Source of the DNA: Tubulanus polymorphus
Lineage: Eukaryota; Animalia; Nemertea
Length of the DNA stretch: 64,000 nt
NCBI RefSeq assembly: GCF_964204645.1
Contig: NC_134028.1
Location: 15,135,653-15,199,652, forward strand
Direction of reading: 5' to 3'
The notes beneath the pieces were generated by a model. That model worked only from the letters and a program-made list of their open reading frames with translations, was not told where the DNA came from and did not search any database. Positions 61,423 to 64,000 of this stretch are shown here, one piece after another. Position 1 is the stretch's first letter, and the number at the start of each line of letters is the position of its first letter. The position numbers and the translations under genes were made by a program.

Positions 61423-62920
61423 GTGATTGAACATAATCTATTCACGATCAATATAGGCTGTAGATCTGCTGACATAACAAGCACGCTTGAAAATCTCTGC
61501 AAAGTCCTTCGAAGTCGGGTTGATGAGGAATTCATCAATCCTTTAGGAATGAAGAGCTATTTGAAAAGTGAGTATAATGAGACTTATGATGAGTCAAGTC
61601 AACAGACCTTAGGGAACATCCATATTTAGTACGTAGGCAAAAATCTGCCAATTTTTAGATCCCCGGCCTCCCCCTTTGAACGCAGCTGTACTTCTCGCTT
61701 ATTTATGATAGTGCCTAATGGTTTTATTTCTTACAGTATTATGATTACAGTATTTGATGGAATCATCTGGTTTTCAAGAAAAAGATTTGAAATAGGCCTA
61801 CCATTTTAAGAATTTATAAATCCTCGCAATTGAATTATTCAATTTTTTACTTTTGTAGCTTAAAAGGTAAGCAATATGTGTAAAAAGCTCATGTACGTTT
61901 CATATAGGCTACATAACCTCTTCACTGTTGTAATTCTTCACATCATCCTCAAGTTTTCTTTTGCTTTATTTCTGTTTTCTAATTTTCCTGTTTATTTTAT
62001 TTTACATTTATGGTGCAATAGATAACTTTTTGCTTTTGCTTTTTTAATCTTATCACTGGCTTTTAGGTACAGCCTGCTGAAATGCCTTCATTTGAAAATT
62101 CAATATGCAGTCGACCCCCATAAACAGCTCACTTATATAAGTGATTTTGTACCTGTGGAATAACGGGGAGGGGGGCTTATTTTGACTAGTTTTAAGATGA
62201 AATACAGATTCTCAGAAAAACTGGAATTAGGTGGGGGGGGGGGGGCAGTTTATAGGTGTTGACTGTAGACTTAAGTACCGTATCAAATGCCTTGTAATCA
62301 AGATATTTACTTTCTGTGAAGGAGAAATTCTGATGGGTAATGAATTCAAATTCCAATTATTTTCAAGCTGGAGGAGCACAATAAAATGGATTTTGCTTTG
62401 GTTTAGATTAAGGTTTCAATGCAGCAGTTCAGCAAGATGCGCATGAATATTTCGTTCGTCTGATGAGTACAATGGAGAAGGAAGATACAAGGTATTCTAT
62501 AAAAAAATCTGATTCTTAGTTAGGTCTTGCCATAATGTTACCTGGGCAGTTTACCAGTAATTTATGACCGTAACTATTATTGGTGACAATTGCATAGTAG
62601 TACCACATATATTCATCTTATTTCCTCAAGCTAAATGTGCAATATTATTGAACTAGGTAACAAAGTGGTAGTACTATGTTCTTTCTCATTAGATACTTCT
62701 TATATCGTATACTGTATTATACAAATAAATTGTATTTCTGGTGTACCGTAAGATTCACATTTCTGATATGATTGGATGCTATGTCATGAATAAGCTTCCA
62801 AGTTTTTAGAGACATGTATCTTGCCTCAACCAATCTTTCATTGTTGAATTTTTTTGTCATTCTATAGCTCGAACTTCAAGAAAATTGTAAATTTCTTCCA
62901 TGGCTCACTTAAAACACAGA
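61423..62920 (+). pseudogene. Exon fragments of a ubiquitin-specific protease (peptidase C19/USP)-like gene
   Basis: Candidate exons 61423..61567 (LENLCKVL..FINPLGMK), ~62413..62491 (FNAAVQQDAHEYFVRLM) and 62868..62920 (IVNFFHGSL), each ending at a GT donor. No Cys or His box seen. Confidence 0.5.
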
Positions 62921-63532
62921 GTAAGTTGTATTTGTTTTGTTTGTTTCATTTGGAATAATGGAGGAGAGATCTGCCATACCGAGGCCTATAATGAAAGGGA
63001 GCATCTCAAAATTTCAATAGTTACGTCAATTAGAATAACTGTCTAATTGGTTTTAACCTCCCCCCGTCTAATTGAGTGGAACTGGCATTTAAAGATAAAC
63101 AGACTTTGACTGTTAGCACAAAATCATTTAAGTGATTTAATCTTGAATATAATACCAAAAGGTGAATTCTATGAAACCAGGTTAAATAGTTTTCAGGACC
63201 ATGTTTCACAGTTGAAACAGGTAAAATTAGTCAATTGTTTCATAAATAAAAAGAATATCTTCTAAAAAACATAAATGATAGAAAAGAAATTATCAAACAT
63301 AGACATGGGAAAGTGTAGCTAAAAGATATGCTTCAGCCCAAAAACTGGCCCGGTCAGATTCAAGATCTGGCAAAAGATCCGGTCAGATTCAAGATCTTGT
63401 TCGCCAAAATCAGATTTTTTACACGTTTTTGAAATTTTCGAAGGAAGTTTGAAGATGCTTCTATTAAATATCTTGATCTTTTGTATATGTATGGTTTGCT
63501 AGCCTAATTTTCATTGCAATTTGTGATGGGTA

Positions 63533-64000
63533 AGTAATAGGGATAATAGGCTTTCAGGCCAAAGGTCGAACGGTCGAGCTCGTTAAAAATGAAAAACATG
63601 AGAATAATAACAATTTCTACTTGAATTACTCGCGAAACTCATAAAAATGAAAAATAAATTCTCACACACTCGAATTTATTTTTCATTTTTATGAGTTTCA
63701 CTCCTAATTCAAGTAGAAATTGTAATTATTGTCATGTTTTTCATTTTTTACTCACCCGCCCGTTCAACCTTTAACCTGAAAGCCTATTATCCCTATTACT
63801 CTTAAAATATTCATATATATGAATAAAATATAAATGAATAACTTCTAAAATCAATTTTAATAAAAAATTTAGTATTAAAATGGAAGCAAATAAGTACTAC
63901 TGTCCAACATGTAATATCAATATAGATAAATCCCAAAAAGCAAGACACAATAAAACTAAAACACATTTAGAGAATAAATTGAAACTAGAATATTTACAGT
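63533..64000 (+). mobile_element. Polinton copy 3: terminal hairpin (63533..63800), shortened TIR and PolB start at 63880
   Basis: 5'-AGTAATAG terminus; MEANKYYCPTCNINIDKSQK is shared with the ORF starting at 11321. Confidence 0.9.

Noticed and set aside
1-64000. Prokaryotic or free-virus origin of the window
   Set aside because: Spliceosomal introns, LTR retrotransposons with TSDs and a metazoan tRNA PBS show that this is animal chromosomal DNA with integrated elements.

Overview
This is a repeat-dense, AT-rich region of an animal (probably invertebrate) genome with almost no ordinary host genes. It holds parts of at least three copies of one Polinton/Maverick (adintovirus-like) endogenous virus family: copy 1 at 1..11742 (-), near-complete but pseudogenised copy 2 at ~18990..38997, and the terminus of copy 3 at 63533..64000, plus an inverted PolB fragment at ~39000..39846. 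Nested in or beside these are an intact young BEL/Pao LTR retrotransposon, two copies of a non-autonomous long-TIR element (9-bp TSD on the complete copy), a PIF/Harbinger, a Helentron-type non-autonomous element, a Gypsy element with an extra zinc-finger ORF, MITEs and satellites. The most striking signal is in the Polinton. Nearly all its structural and accessory genes start at TAAATG, often behind a T-run with a 6-8 nt spacer, which is the poxvirus late-promoter architecture, while PolB and integrase do not. Its termini are long imperfect hairpins carrying AAAAATGAAAA motifs, it has many membrane-protein genes, and I find no adenain protease. I infer a possible virophage-like dependence on a poxvirus-like/NCLDV helper. 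All calls were made by eye without database searches.
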